DNA of 64,000 nucleotides. Source: Chiloscyllium plagiosum. Lineage: Eukaryota. Where the stretch lies: contig NC_057758.1 in assembly GCF_004010195.1 (NCBI RefSeq), positions 4,064,962 through 4,128,961 of the forward strand, written 5' to 3'. Numbering within the stretch: position 1 is the first letter of the stretch; every line of letters begins with the position of its first letter. Shown here one piece after another: positions 51,535 through 64,000 of the stretch. The notes below the pieces were generated by a model. The model was given only the letters and a program-made list of their open reading frames with translations, was not told the origin of the DNA and did no database searches. Made by a program: the position numbers and the translations under genes.

Positions 51535-52700
51535 CTCATCAGCCAACAGGTTTAATTGGAAGCATGGGGTTTCAGAGACCTGCTCCTTCATCAGGTGGTT
51601 TTCGAGTACACAATTGTAAGACACAGAATTTATAGTAAAAGTTTAGAATGTGATGGAAGTGAAATGATACATTGAAAATTTCCTTGATTGTTTTAAGTCC
51701 CGCTTCTGTTAGACTGACCAAGTTAGCTTCACTTCTTTCAGATGTAAATCACAAAACAGATTTAAAGTTACAATCTCAGGTTGCCTTGAACAATTGCTCT
51801 CAGCCAGATAATATGTTGAAATTATTGCCCCCCTGCGTGCTGTTATCTCTGCCATAATGTTTCAACTGGTTCTAAACTTTAATAAAGTGAGTTGATAGAG
51901 TCTTACATGGATTCATGCAATTTTTGAGAAAAGTACAATATAACTCTGCAAGTACAAATTCACCCCACAAAAGTTCATGTGCATGTTTGTTTTTGCCTGT
52001 GTGCGCGCGTGTGTGTGTATGTGTGCGTCTGGGGTGGGGTTTGTGAATGTCTGTGAGCGAGTGTATATGTGTGTGTGAGTATAAAGTGGTCCATGTGTGA
52101 GGATACATGTTTGATTGTGGGAGTGTGTTTGTCTGTAGGAGTGCGTGTGTGTATGTCTGGAGTTGGGCTTGTGAGTGTCTGTGAGCGTGTATATGTTTCT
52201 GTAAGTTGAAATTGGTCTATGTGAAAGGATGCATGTGAGAGTGGGGGAGTGTGTGTGCCTGTAGGAGTGTGGGTGTGAGTGGCTGTCTGTGTGTTTGTGG
52301 TGCTTACCTGTCGTGTGACAAGAACGCAAGTTACCAGTTAGGGCCTCAGTAAGGGTACCACACTTAGCTATCAGTCCCTGCTCGGCCACCTTTCACTGCT
52401 GCCTGTCCCGAAGTCCGCCTTGGAGGATGGCCACCCGAAGGTCTGATGTCGAATGCCCTGTACCGCTGAAGTGTTCTCCAACTTGGAGGGAACACCCTTG
52501 TCTGTTTATTGTTGTGCGGTGACCTTTCATCAGTTGCCGTAGCCTGTGCTCGGTTTCACGAATGTACCATGCTTCAGGGCATCCTTGCCTGCAGCGTGTG
52601 AGATAGACAACGTTGGCTGAGTCACATGAGCAACTGCCACGTACATGGTGGGAGTTGGCACCACGCGTAATGGTGTTGTCCATGTCCACCCCAAACAAGC
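51535..52700 (-). mobile_element. 3' fragment of a second Neptune-type PLE (GIY-YIG endonuclease plus CA-rich 3' region)
   Basis: ORF 52393-52698 reads SCDSANVVYLTRCRQGCPEAWYIRETEHRLRQLMKGHR (GIY-YIG like). TG-rich tract at 51975-52300. A decayed hammerhead-like motif CTGATGAAGGAGC...GAAA lies on the minus strand near 51570-51594. Confidence 0.8.
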
Positions 52701-53789
52701 ATTCTCCAAAATATGAAAACTGGGCTTTTTTTCGACTGTGTCAGTAACTCAGAGCATCGGGGAGACTGCAAATATCACAAGAGACTGGAACTGAATACAG
52801 AATCCTGGTGCTGTCAGGCAGCATTGCCAAACGCTGGGTTAGCATATGCCCCAACATCCATAAACTTCAATAATATCACATTGTCATTTATCTAAATTAG
52901 ATAATAGTCTATGCAATGGTTAAAAAATGCGGACTGACTGCATTTGTTGTAGGATCTAACTTATTAATTGTTTCAGCGTCTGATGATTAAATGTAAGCTA
53001 TTAATATTGCTGGTCTGCTACATTATCTTGTTAATTAATCATTGCATCACATTATACTAGCAAGGGTTCTGTGATTATGACTCCATTTTTGAGTGGTGTA
53101 AGCATTTTGGGTGGAGAATTTGCTTTTCACTGATTCGCTCTTTGATGAATTGATGTGGAATTATGAATTCAGTCAGTAATTTGCTTAATAATTTGTCAGC
53201 ATTCAAATCAATGATTCTGAATTTAATTCATTCTCGGAAGAGTGAAGGTTGAAAAGTAAATTCTAAGCTGCTCCTTTTGTTAGTTATTCACTTCTGAGAC
53301 ATGAGTGTGAGAGAAGGGAAGGTTTTTCAACAATGCATGACTTTGATGAAGAAAGTGAACTTGTCCAATGTCGCCAGTGATAGCTCGTTTTATATAGGAT
53401 CTGAAAGCCAAGCTCACATCGTTGCAAAAATTGAATCAGTCTTTCATAAAAATATATGGCATCCATGCATCAACCTTTATTGGAGTCCATAATCTTAACG
53501 TTTGACCAGTTTTCTTGAACGTAGTTCAGAAATACATGGAAAACTGCAATGACAAATGGCGAGATGCAGAAACAGTAAGAAAACCTGGAAGAGGCTGAGG
53601 CAAAAAATACATAAACTGAGAACATTAGATGTTTCAACATTGCTGTGTTGCAAGGAAAGTATGAGGAAAGTTTCATTTTCATAACTTGAATGCTGACCAC
53701 AGCTCCGCATTCAGTACCATTATTATATCCAGACTGATCTCAACATTCTGTGATAATGTCTCGGCAACACCGTTAGAAACTGGATACCG

Positions 53790-54620
53790 AGCTTTCTGAC
53801 CAATAGAGTGCAATCAGTGAACATAGACAGCTGCATCTCCTCCTTCAAAGCGCTCAACATTGGAGCCACCCAACGTTGTGCTGTTAACCACCTGCTGTAC
53901 TGCCTTTACATCCACAAATGTGTTGCCGAACGGCCGCCATCTCCAGGTTTGCTGATGACACTACGGTGCTCGGAAGGAAATCAAACAAAGATGGGGGGTC
54001 AGAATAGAGACAACAGACAGAAGGGATTGGAATGTCGTGTAGTGATAACAATCTCTATCTCTATGTTTGTAAAATTAAAGAAATGGCAATTGACTTAAGA
54101 AAGAAAGAAAGAGAGCATACCCCTATCTATAACAACTGAGTGGTGCTTGAGAGGATGGAGAGCTTCAAGTTCTTGGTGTGATGATAACCAACCACCTGTC
54201 CTAGACTTCCCACCTGCATTAGACAGTCAAAAGGTGCAACAACGTTGCTTCTTTCTCAGGCGGCTTCAAGAGATTTGGCAATAACGATCCTCACCAAAGT
54301 TTACAAATGCACCATAGAGAACGTACTGTCCAGGTGCACAGCAGCCAGGTATGGAGACTGCTCTGCGCAGAACCTTATAAAATTACAGAAGTTTGTGTGC
54401 GTAGCTGAGATCATCACGGAAGCCAATCTCCCATTCGTGGGCTCTATGTAAATTTCCTGTTGCGACGGAAAGGTTGCCAACATCATCAAAGACCCATCCC
54501 AGTCGGCAATGCTCTCTGACAACCATTTCTGTCAGGAATAAGATACAAAAGGTTGAACACACGCACCAACAGATTCAAGTACAGCTTCTTCTCTGTTGTT
54601 ATTAGATCTATGAACGGAGT
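53790..54620 (+). mobile_element. Rex1/Babar-like LINE 3' fragment
   Basis: RFADDTTV (aggtttgctgatgacactacgg) and YKCTIENVLSRCTAARYGDCSAQNLIKLQKFV, resembling the Rex1/Babar C-terminus YRCTIESILSGCITAWYGNC. Confidence 0.75.
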
Positions 54621-54639
54621 CTATAACGACATTTTGTAA

Positions 54640-55150
54640 TGGATGTAAGTTTGTTCTCTGAGCTGGAAGGTTCATTTTCAGGCGTTCCATCATCATACTA
54701 GGCAACATCTTCAGTGAGGCTCTGGACGAATTACTGCTGATGTTTCCTGCTTTCTATTGACATGATTGAGTTTCTATTGGTCGCTGATGACATTTCCTGT
54801 GGTGATGTCATTTCCTACGATGATTCCATTGCCTCTTCCTTTTCTCAAGGAATGGTAAATTGAGTTCAAGTCAACGTGTTTGTCCATAGAGTTCTGGTTG
54901 GAACGTCATGCTTCTAGGAATTCTCGCGCGTTTCTGGGTTTGGCGTTTTCTCGGGTAGATATGTTGTCCCATTTGAAGTGGTCATCATCTTTATCTTTAT
55001 GTAAGGATAATAGTGAGAGAAAGTCATGTGGTTTTGTGGTTGTTGATGTTCATGTATCCTGGTGGCGAGTTTTCTGCCTGTTTGTCCAATATTGTGTTTG
55101 TTACAGCTCTTGCACGGTATTTTGTAAATGACAATAGTTTTGCTTGTTGT
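54640..55150 (-). mobile_element. Poseidon-type PLE 3' fragment
   Basis: The minus strand gives decayed AREFLEA.RSNQNSMDKHVDL, HFKWDN and GQTGRK-like motifs, homologous to the 14.8-18.7 kb element. Confidence 0.75.
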
Positions 55151-55675
55151 CTGTAAATAAATAATTCATCATCAATTTACTTGTTAAATTTACAGTAAGG
55201 GAAATTATACTGAACTTACATCACACCACAGGTTACTGAACATAGCCTCGTGAAACTTAGCAAAAGACTTACTTTAGGCCGTTTCAGAATTGCATTTATC
55301 TCAAGAGATGGAACGCAGCTTTATTTACCAAGACCTCTGCTTTCCTCCATTTTACAGTTACAATCTGCAATGGAAGAAGAGATTAAAATTGGGTAATGCA
55401 CTACGTTGATTTCTTCACCCTGAACATTTGTGCATTGCTTTTCTTTGGAATCTTGCTTCTTTGTTTTCCTGCCAATTTTTAAAAAATGCAGCAGAAATAA
55501 AACGGCGATCAATCTATCACAGTCATTTTCATTTATGTGCTGCTTCTGTTACTTTCATGTGGTAAGAACAAAACCAATGAACTGAAGTAAAGTACATAAT
55601 AGTAACAGAACTTTTGGCCCTCCAAGCAAATCAGCAAGTTGTTGTGGTTCTGATCGCCGAGCTGGGAATTTGTGT

Positions 55676-55716
55676 TGCAGACGTTTCGTCCCCTGTCCAG
55701 GTGACATCCTCAGTGC
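55676..55716 (-). ncRNA. Minimal type I hammerhead ribozyme motif
   Basis: Reverse complement reads GCACTGAGGATGTCACCTGGACAGGGGACGAAACGTCTGCA, with intact cores. Confidence 0.75.
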
Positions 55717-55778
55717 CTGGGAGCCTCCTGTGGAGCGCTTCTGTGATGTTTCCTCCGCCGCTTCACGGTGGCTCCCAA

Positions 55779-55819
55779 GCACTGAGGATGTCACCAAGAC
55801 TGGGGACGAAACGTCTGCA
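55779..55819 (+). ncRNA. Minimal type I hammerhead ribozyme motif
   Basis: GCA-CTGAGGA-tgtcaccaagactggggac-GAAAC-GTC-TGC: CUGANGA and GAAA cores, stem II, palindromic stem III, GCA/UGC stem I. Predicted cleavage after C55815. Confidence 0.75.
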
Positions 55820-58134
55820 ACACAAATTCCCAGCTCGGCGATCAGAATCACAACAACGAGCACCCGAGCTACAAATCTTCTCCCAAACTTTGAAAATAAA
55901 GCAAGTAAAATAAAAGCAACCTTTCTGCCCTATTTCGTTCCATAACCGTCTATTCTCTCCCTCGTCATGTCACCATACAGATGCTTCAGAAATGTCAACA
56001 GCCAAGAAATGCTTCCACCACTTGTTCTGGCAGAGCGTCAAGACTCCTACCACTCTCTGCGTGAGGAAAAAGACTTCCCACGCTAAACCCTCTTAGATTT
56101 GTCCACGAATGCAACTAGGGAATGAATAATCTTAATTCTGTCCAGATGCATATACTCCTTTGTATGCATTTAGAAGTGTTCCATTTCTTATGATCTTGCC
56201 CTGTTTACAGTTGCTTTCACTTTTGATAGATTTACAGCCATTTCTGTTTAGAAACTAGAATCAAGATACTGCAAGAGGAGAACGGCACGTGTGGTTATGG
56301 GTTTGTACGAGTGCTACCAGTAGTTTGCCTTCAATTCCTGGTCCTTTGTATTTGAACCTACTTTTATTTCTGAATATGTGCCGTAATTTTGAATCTTGCC
56401 AACACAGTGTTATTCCGTTTTTTGTTGGACAATCTATAATTTAATTTGACTTGATACGATTTATTGTCCCGTACAACTGGGAACAGTGAAAAAAGATTTG
56501 TTTGTGATCAGTACTAGCAGAGCATAGTAATCAAAGACATGCAAATCATAGGGTGAAAAAGAAATCTGGACAGAGGAAGCCATGCAGTTTACGACGCACA
56601 AAACTTACACGAAGCAAGATCAACATCTAAAAGCGACACACAAATAATCACAGACCAAATATAGCACGTCTTTCTGAAAGGATTGGAAGAAATCCTAACA
56701 TTCATATTGTCTTATTACATTGTACCAACCAACGGATATAATGCAGTATGAGCACTTATCAAAGAATATAACATAGATCATTATTTTTTTTACCAGGAGA
56801 AAACAAGAATATGAAATCACTTGCCCTGATGTTTATGAACTTACCCCCGATGTGTCACAGTTTCGGACCATGTAACAAAAGTTACTAAACTTTGCTGTTC
56901 GGTGTACTAAGATTTCAGTCAATCAGAACTGTGCCAAATGGAAACAAGTTTAATGGATCACCAAGACCTGAAAGTTGCATTAGTGTATGGCAATCAGGAG
57001 ACACATTAAATACGATGATCAAGAAAGAATATTCACCTCATGGTTTTGTTCACATCTAATCCTGCAGAAAATTCATAAACGCCCTCAAGGATATTTATCA
57101 AACAATTCAAGCACTTTTCTAATAATATATGGCACAGTATTTCACAAAGGAAATGATTTAGAGCAAACGTTTTATTTTTTAGAATTCCAGAACTTTCAGA
57201 TTGTTGATGAATCTGCAGTCAGATTTCTGCTGTCAGAGCAGAAGAAGAATTCCCCGTTCAGCTTCTGCGAGTAAGATTTGGCTTGGAAATTAACAAATCC
57301 TGGCAAATAAGTTACATTTCACACATGAACATTATAGTGCAGTTAAATATTATCTTATATAACAAACATTCGAGTGATAGTCTTACAAGTAACACCAAAA
57401 GCTACAAGTACAGTGCAATAAATACTCTGTAACTGGAAGATTACCAACTACTTCAATTTTACAAGTAGGCTCTGATGTTGTGGAGTCAATAAGTTTTACT
57501 TCTGAACGATAGTTCTATCTTAAATGCAAACACTTGGAAGAGGAGTCAGTGAAAAACTCGATCTCATATTAAACATTTCGTTTGCCAAATTGAGGAAGTA
57601 ATCCAGAGGCACTGGGGAAAAATAATCAGTATGGAATAGTTGGATACATTGCATGTGGTGGACAGATTAACATGAGAAAAACAAGAAGACATACAGTGGG
57701 AAAGTCATTATTAGTGTGCTGACCAGAGATGTGCACTGAATCTTGAAGATGATCTGAGTACAGGTTTATATAGAAAATTACTCCAGAAAACCAGGGATTA
57801 CATTTCAATTTCAGTAAGATTACTGGAGGGAGGATAAAAAAGCGCAGTTAAATTTCCAGTAGATAATACTTTAATGGGATACTTTGGAGACTGTTTTTCA
57901 GATGTTTAGCGTCCACCATCAGTTACTTTTTTATTGATGCTTTGGACTGATTATGAATGTAAACTTTTCCACCACAAACACCAGAACAAATAAAGTCAAT
58001 ACCACAATCCAAGATCTTCCATTCTCTCCATTGGACTGGACATAAAGATCAACCAGGTGCAAGGATAAACATTTTATTTAATGATCTTTTTTACGCTCAG
58101 TGGGAATTCAGCATTCACTGGCATGTCCATGAGT

Positions 58135-58660
58135 TCATAGAGTCACAGGGATATACCGTGCAGAAAGAGACGTTTCGGTCCAACGCATTCATGCCAACAG
58201 ATATCCTATAAAAATTTCGTCCCATTTGCCAGTATTTGCCGATATCCTTCTCAGCCCTTCCTTCTCAAATACGCACCCAAATGCCTTCTAGATGTCCCAG
58301 CATTCACCATTTAATCGAGCAGCTCATTCCATACTTGTAGCATTGTCTGCGTGCAAAGGTTTAGCACCTTGTATGCCTTAGAAATATTTCCCCATTCATT
58401 TGAAATCGATGCTCTCTCATGTTGGATTACACCACCCAGACGAAAAACAAATCGCCTCTGTTGAACTTATTCATGCTCCTCATGATATCACAATCTCTGC
58501 GTGGCCATGTCTCAGCATCCAATACTCCAGCTTCTGCCTGAAACGGTACAACACTGGCAACATCCTTGGAAGTCATTTCTGAACAATTTCAAGTTTCATA
58601 ACATCCATCCTCGTGCAGGGCGACTAGAATTTTTGCAGTATTTCATTAATGGCCGAACCA
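58135..58660 (-). mobile_element. Decayed CR1 3' end
   Basis: catagagtcacag tail; similar to the 20150-20650 CR1 3' region. Confidence 0.65.
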
Positions 58661-59299
58661 CTAGTCCTTTTCGAAACAAGAATGAATCGTGTATTAGGGT
58701 CGTGCTTGATATGTTAGCTTCAAAGATGGCGTGTTCTGAATCATTGACATATTAATATATATGTATGCCAAGGCAATAAATGGATGGAAATTAGGGATGA
58801 GTAATACATTCTTTCTGAAACAACAAGCAAATATTTCCTTATCATGGCGATTAAAAAAGCTGTTGGCAAAATTTCAGCAGGGGTCTGAAATGTACCTTCT
58901 ATAGTTTGCAGAAACTAAATTAGCTCACTATTCGCTTTGAAACATAGGCCACCGCTCCCCTTGCCTTCTCTCTTACCCGATGAACTCGGATCCTTGAACT
59001 TGAACATCACATGGAATTTTATTTTTAGTATCATTTGAAGGATGTGTAATTCACTGGCTAGACAGCATTTATTGCTGACACCTAATTCACCTTTAAATCG
59101 CGGTTATGAGCATCATTCTTCTATGGCTGCAGGCCACCTCCTGCGGGTTGACTCACAATGATATCAGGGAGGGAATTCCATGACTTTGACCCAGTGACAG
59201 TGACGGAAAAGCAATATACTTCCAAATATATTTGCTAGATATCTTCGAGAGGATTAGCCCAGCGTGGCATGGGATCAGAATCGGAACAGTAAGTGCAGG

Positions 59300-60470
59300 G
59301 AGTCGGGACAAATGTGAGACGGAGTTTGGCATGGCCTAGCGTATGAATAGGCAGAGATACGTCGCCGGGCTCAAAGGGAATGGAGGAGACAGAGGAGCAG
59401 GTGTATAGTGAGATACTGTAAACGTTTGAAGAAAACAGGGTAGATGCGATTGGTGACGTGAACCTTTCTAATGTTGATTGGGTCTCACTTAGATCCAGGC
59501 GATCTGATAGACAGCAAATTATTAGATTGATCAGGAATTTTCTTTGAGAGAGTGCGTGGTCAACGCTACCAGCAACAAGGCCATACCAGACTTGATCTTA
59601 GTGGATGTGCCAGGAAAGGAGATCAATGTTTCAGTCGGAGAGCATTTGGACTTAGTGATGAGAACTCCATAAGATTTACAGTAGTCATGGACAAGCACAA
59701 GAATGACTTTCTGGTGAGAGTGCTTAATTTGGCAAGGGCCAATTGCATTTAATTGGAAAGGAACCGGTGAATGTGGATTGGAAAGCTATTTGAGGGCAAA
59801 TCTGCGTCTGGAAATTCGGAGGCTTTTACAGAAAAGTTGATTAAACTTCAGGAGACTTTAAAAAATGAAGGTCAGTCCTGCCAAGAATCAGGAAACGTGG
59901 ATAACAAGGGTAACTGTAAGCTTAGGCAATAGAAAAAAAGAAGGGTAGAATAGATCCAGGCAGGTAAAAGCTAAAGAAGCACTTTGGGAATATAGAGAAA
60001 GTTAAGAAGGATGTTAAAAGTGGAATTAGGAAGCCTAAAGGGGGGCACGATATGTCTTTATCAAGCCACGTCGATGAGAATCCAACACGTTTCCTGCATA
60101 TGTGAGAAGAAAGAGTGCAGCAATGGAAACAGTTGTCACACGCAAGAATAAAGGACCTGGGATTAAAATTATGCATGGAGCCACGGAAAGTGGAGAGATG
60201 CTTAACGAAGACTTTTATCAGTATTCACCAATGGAAATGTGCGAGGGAAGAATTTCACAGCGATGTTGGTCGGAGCTTGAAACGGACTGCAACATGAGGT
60301 GATGGAAACAATCACGTTGTGAACATTTAAGAGGCATCTGGATGCTCACGGGGATAGAGGGATACGGACTGTTTAAGGGCAGAAGGCTTGAGTTTTAGTT
60401 TAATTAGGGCATAATTTTCAGCAAAGATTTGGAGGGCTGAGGGCCTGTTCCTGTGATACGCTTATTTTTA
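59300..60470 (+). mobile_element. Decayed, internally deleted CR1 LINE
   Basis: IGDVNLSNVDW, GEHLDLVMRTP-like APE remnant, SHVDENPTRF, and a 3' tail gggcctgttcctgtg. Confidence 0.65.
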
Positions 60471-60559
60471 TTATTTGTTCTAAGTCAGTATGCGAGTGAG
60501 TTGGATGAAATCTTGCAGCTTAAGCTTTCCCATGTAACTGCTGCCCTTTTCCTTCGAGG

Positions 60560-61690
60560 GCAAAGTGGTCTTGAGTTTTGACAATGCGATCTGAGGGAAT
60601 CTTACAGAATTTCGTCAATACGTCCTGAATAAGGTACATTGCGCTGCGCTGCTTCTGAGCGTGGGCGTTGGAGCGATTGGATCGTTGGGAATATAATGCC
60701 ATTCATGCAGTGTGTTCTTAAGACTTCTTAAGTGTTGTTGCTGCTGCACTCGTCCAGACAAGTTGGCAGTAATCCATAAAACTCATGACCTGCGTCTTTT
60801 AGATTATGTAGAGTATTTGGTCACAGCTTTCGGCACAGAATTCCAAGTCTCTGACGAGTTGCTGTATCTAATGTGTTTACCTGGTGAGTCCAGTTCAGTT
60901 CCTTGTCAAATGTAAACCCCACGATGTTGATAGTGGAGCTCATTGAAAGTAACACCATTGAATGCGAAGGGGTAATTGTTATTTTGACTCTTCTTGGTAG
61001 AGTTCATAACTTGGCAGTTGTATGACGTGGATGTGACTTGCAAGTCATCAGTGGAAAATGTGTTGCTGGAAAAGACAGCAGGTCAGGCAGCAACCGAACA
61101 GCATCAAAATCGACGTTTCCTGATGAATTGGCTTTTGTTCGAAATGTCGATTTTCCTTTTCCTCAGATGCTGTTGTGCTATTCAAGAACAACTCTATCGA
61201 CTGTATTCTCCAGCATCAGCAGTCCTCACATTAGCCCTGTCACTTGTCAGCCTAGCCTACACATCGTATAGATCTGGTTGCATTTTAAAATTGAGTGTCT
61301 CTGTACCTACGTGGATGCAAATGTGAGGAAGATTGGACAGTCAACAGCAACATCTCCACTCATGAAATTATGATAGAGTAGCTGAAGAAAATTTGGCCTT
61401 GGGCAATTCCCTGAGGAACGCATGTCTAGATGTTCTGGAACTGAGATGACTGACCTCCAACAACCTCGACATTTGGACTATCTTCTGGGTATGTTCCCAA
61501 TCACTGGTGCATTTTCCCTTGTTAACTATTGATTCCAGGTTTGCTTATGCTCGCTCGAATGCGACCTTGAAGTCAAAACCTGTTAGTGCCCTCATCTCTT
61601 AAATTCAGTTAAGTCCATGTTTGAAACAAGGCCATAATGTGGTGCGTATTTGAGTGACTATGCTCCAATCCAATCAGGCCTTTCGTTCTG
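60560..61690 (-). mobile_element. Decayed CR1/L2-group LINE fragment, interrupted by the 61051-61236 mini-element
   Basis: Reverse complement shows LDFKVAF (gcgaccttgaagtcaa) and GVPQG-like (ccctgaggaac) RT motifs. Confidence 0.55.
61051..61236. mobile_element. Decayed palindromic hammerhead-bearing mini-element nested in a LINE fragment
   Basis: aaatgtgttgctggaaaag...aatcgacgtttc, then CTGATGA...GAAATGTCGA, then ctccagcatcagcagtcctcac. Confidence 0.7.
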
Positions 61691-62585
61691 TGTCACTGGG
61701 TCTCATTCCTGACGGCCTCCAAAAACTGCACTGTGAGTCTACCGCTAGCACATGAACAGCAGCTGTTGAAGAAAGCACTCAAAGCCTCCTTGGCAATGTG
61801 GAAACTAGTGTTGGGCAATACATGCTGGACACCAGAGATGCCTACGTATCACGAGTGAATAAAAAAAGCTATATGTCTCTAACTTCTCCGTCCATTAAAA
61901 CGTATTTCTGATCGACTTATCTTAAAATGTTTGGACAGCCTTTTATTATAAACACAAACACACACAAACACACACACACACGGTTAATCACATGCATTCA
62001 AAAGCTGCGGCGTTGTGCGAGATGTACAGAGTCCTTTTCTCCTGTGGTGCAATTGCTTGCTCACTTCCCAGTCTTTCTCATAGAGGGGTACACATTTAAG
62101 GCCTACATCTCTGCCATTGGCCACGTTTGGCCAAATGCATTCTTGAGGGACAGGAATTGCTACCACCGACTGGAACCTCCTGCCAATGGGGAGCCGATTT
62201 GCAGCCCTTTCTGGAGGGATAGACCCAGTCGTCAGTTGGACATGCGGGGAGAATCGTTTGGACCTGTCATGGACAACGGTTAGGATTCTGTCCACTGAGC
62301 CTCACTGGATGAATGAATGTGTTAATTAACTTATCAGTGGGTAGTTGAGGGTAGAGAATAGCAACAGGAATAAAAGCCTCGCGATCGTGTGGTCATATTG
62401 GTGTATCTGGAAATCTTTTTGCAGAGTAACACTTCCCCAATTTCATGCTTCTGACTCTGCAATGTTTGTTCCAGACGAACTCACCTCAACTTAGCGCTCA
62501 CGTTAGATTGACTGTGTGTTAGTGCAGGATTATATCAGGACTGAGTCTGCAACAGTCTCGTGACCCAACAGATCTACCTTTCCAG

Positions 62586-63952
62586 CAGTGAGTGCATACA
62601 TCAGTGCAGCCTGTCCGAGAGAGTGCTTGCTGCTCCTTCATTACTGAGACATTGAAATTACTGTGCTCAGTGCAATGTCAGCTCTCAGCGAGTTGTCATT
62701 CCTCTTGACTCTCCATTCCACCCATGTTACACTGACACTCCGATCGAACGGCGCTCCCACTGGTTAAACCCGCTGACAGGGAGATTGTTTCTCAGTGTGA
62801 GCTCTCGGACAGTTTGGTAGTCTCTTGTTGTTCAATCTCGACTCGCGCCCTTTTATTACCATTGACATTTGACAATGTGGAGCTCCATCTGCACTGAAGA
62901 GCCGCCAATACAGGCATAACGGACTCGTATCGCGACTTGGCCATTTCAAGCCTGCTACCACATTCCACAAAATCACAAGATTGTGAAACATCGATGCAGC
63001 ATTTAACCATTTTGGTCCTACATCTTATCCAACATTCAATCAATGCTGATAGATTTCTCAACACCAGGCTTCTGCCGTCCACTTTCCCCTCCCCCGCCAC
63101 ATAACTGTTGATCGTCTTACTAACCAAGAGCCTCTATCGATTCCTGACTGAAATGCACTCATTGACCTGGCCTCCACAGCCATCTGAGGCAATGCGTTTC
63201 AAGAATCGCCATTCTCAAAATGAAGAAATTCTGAATTAAATCAGTTCAAGAGGGTTGTCGTTTTACTTTCAAGCTATGCCCTCGGATCCCAGCCTTTCCT
63301 ATTCACGGATTCATCATCGCCATGTCCATTCTATCCAGGTCTCTCTGTATTCTGTAACTTTGAATCAAATCCCCGATATTGACTGATTTCTTTCCAAAAT
63401 CGTTCCTCTACACTCGCGATTATTCTTCATCCCCTGATCTTGAACAATGTCTCTCCCTCTGTGTTTTCCCTCGCTCTGTCTGTCTCTCCATCTCTCTCCC
63501 GCTCTCTCTCGCTCACTCTTCTTCTCTCTGTCCATATTTGCTGGAAGAACAGTTGCGTTTCTCTCTGCAGAAAAGTCCAACCAGACTCGAAATGTTAACT
63601 CTGCTTACCTCTCTCTCTATGGTGCAACTGCCAGATGTCCTGACTTTTCCTGGGGGTGTCTATGTGGCAACACATGCGACATGGACAAGATGTGGTTAAC
63701 AATTCAGCCGGTTTTAATTTACATCTTTCAGGGGACAACGAGTTTTGGAGTCCGACCCCATACAGCCTTCACAATCAACGCAACCATCAAATGAAGTCAG
63801 CATCCTCATGGCTTCTCTGATCGCCGATTCTTACAACAGCGTTGTTCAAATAGGCACAACCTCACGACAGATTCCACTTGACGTGCTGTGCACACATTGA
63901 CTGAGCACATCCCAACAGCTTTTTTACAATCGTTTTTATACCCTGCAAAGAA
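62586..63952 (+). pseudogene. Possible decayed antigen-receptor-like V...J...C1 relic
   Basis: V-like VQP...ETLKLLCSVQ-x10-*(W?)LSIPP...RAANTGI; J-like DKMWLTIQP; C1-like SPTPYSL...ASLIADSY...T*RAVH between a tttcag acceptor (63731) and a gtaaga donor (63953). Many lesions. Confidence 0.3.
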
Positions 63953-64000
63953 GTAAGAACAGTTTTATATGTCTGTTCTGGTCGGTGGAAGCCTGAGGGA

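Larger units (their letters stand above)
55638..55893. mobile_element. Palindromic non-autonomous element made of two inverted Poseidon-PLE terminal repeats
   Basis: 55638-55735 is the near-perfect reverse complement of about 55759-55857. The sequence matches the termini at 14845-14985 and 18620-18722. Confidence 0.9.

Noticed and set aside
52713..52900. Faint NIDO-domain-like wording on the minus strand
   Set aside because: In-frame stops and no APFW or other diagnostic motif; not supportable.
63635..63680. DVLTFPGGVYV as a J segment
   Set aside because: The LTFP part overlaps the tail of a decayed repeat (gaaatgttaactctgc...ctgccagatgtcctgacttttcc), so the resemblance is probably coincidental.

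Overview
Eukaryotic, repeat-dense genomic DNA. The HE1/V-type SINEs, CR1 LINEs, Penelope-like element (PLE) families and GPR139-like receptor point to a cartilaginous fish, probably a shark (inference). I can support only one open protein-coding gene: a two-exon GPR139/GPR142-like rhodopsin-class GPCR, join(7077..7206,12520..13418), + strand, about 342 aa. The ORF track missed its first exon. It has lost the N1.50 and D2.50 residues and has an in-frame upstream ATG that is closed by a stop. A roughly 9 kb tandem duplication (25536-34521 and 35022-44577) flanks a 500-N gap and carries decayed GPR139-like fragments. The rest is mostly decayed retroelements: CR1, Rex1/Babar, HE1 SINEs and PLEs of the Poseidon and Neptune types. 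Two large PLE insertions are internally inverted and flanked by target-site duplications. Several 170-260 bp palindromic PLE-derived mini-elements carry minimal hammerhead ribozyme motifs on both strands, and one has an empty site in the paralogous copy. More speculatively, there are heavily decayed V-, J- and C1-like antigen-receptor exon relics at about 32.5-34.2 kb and 42.2-45.2 kb (-) and 62.4-63.95 kb (+). All calls are by eye; no searches were run.
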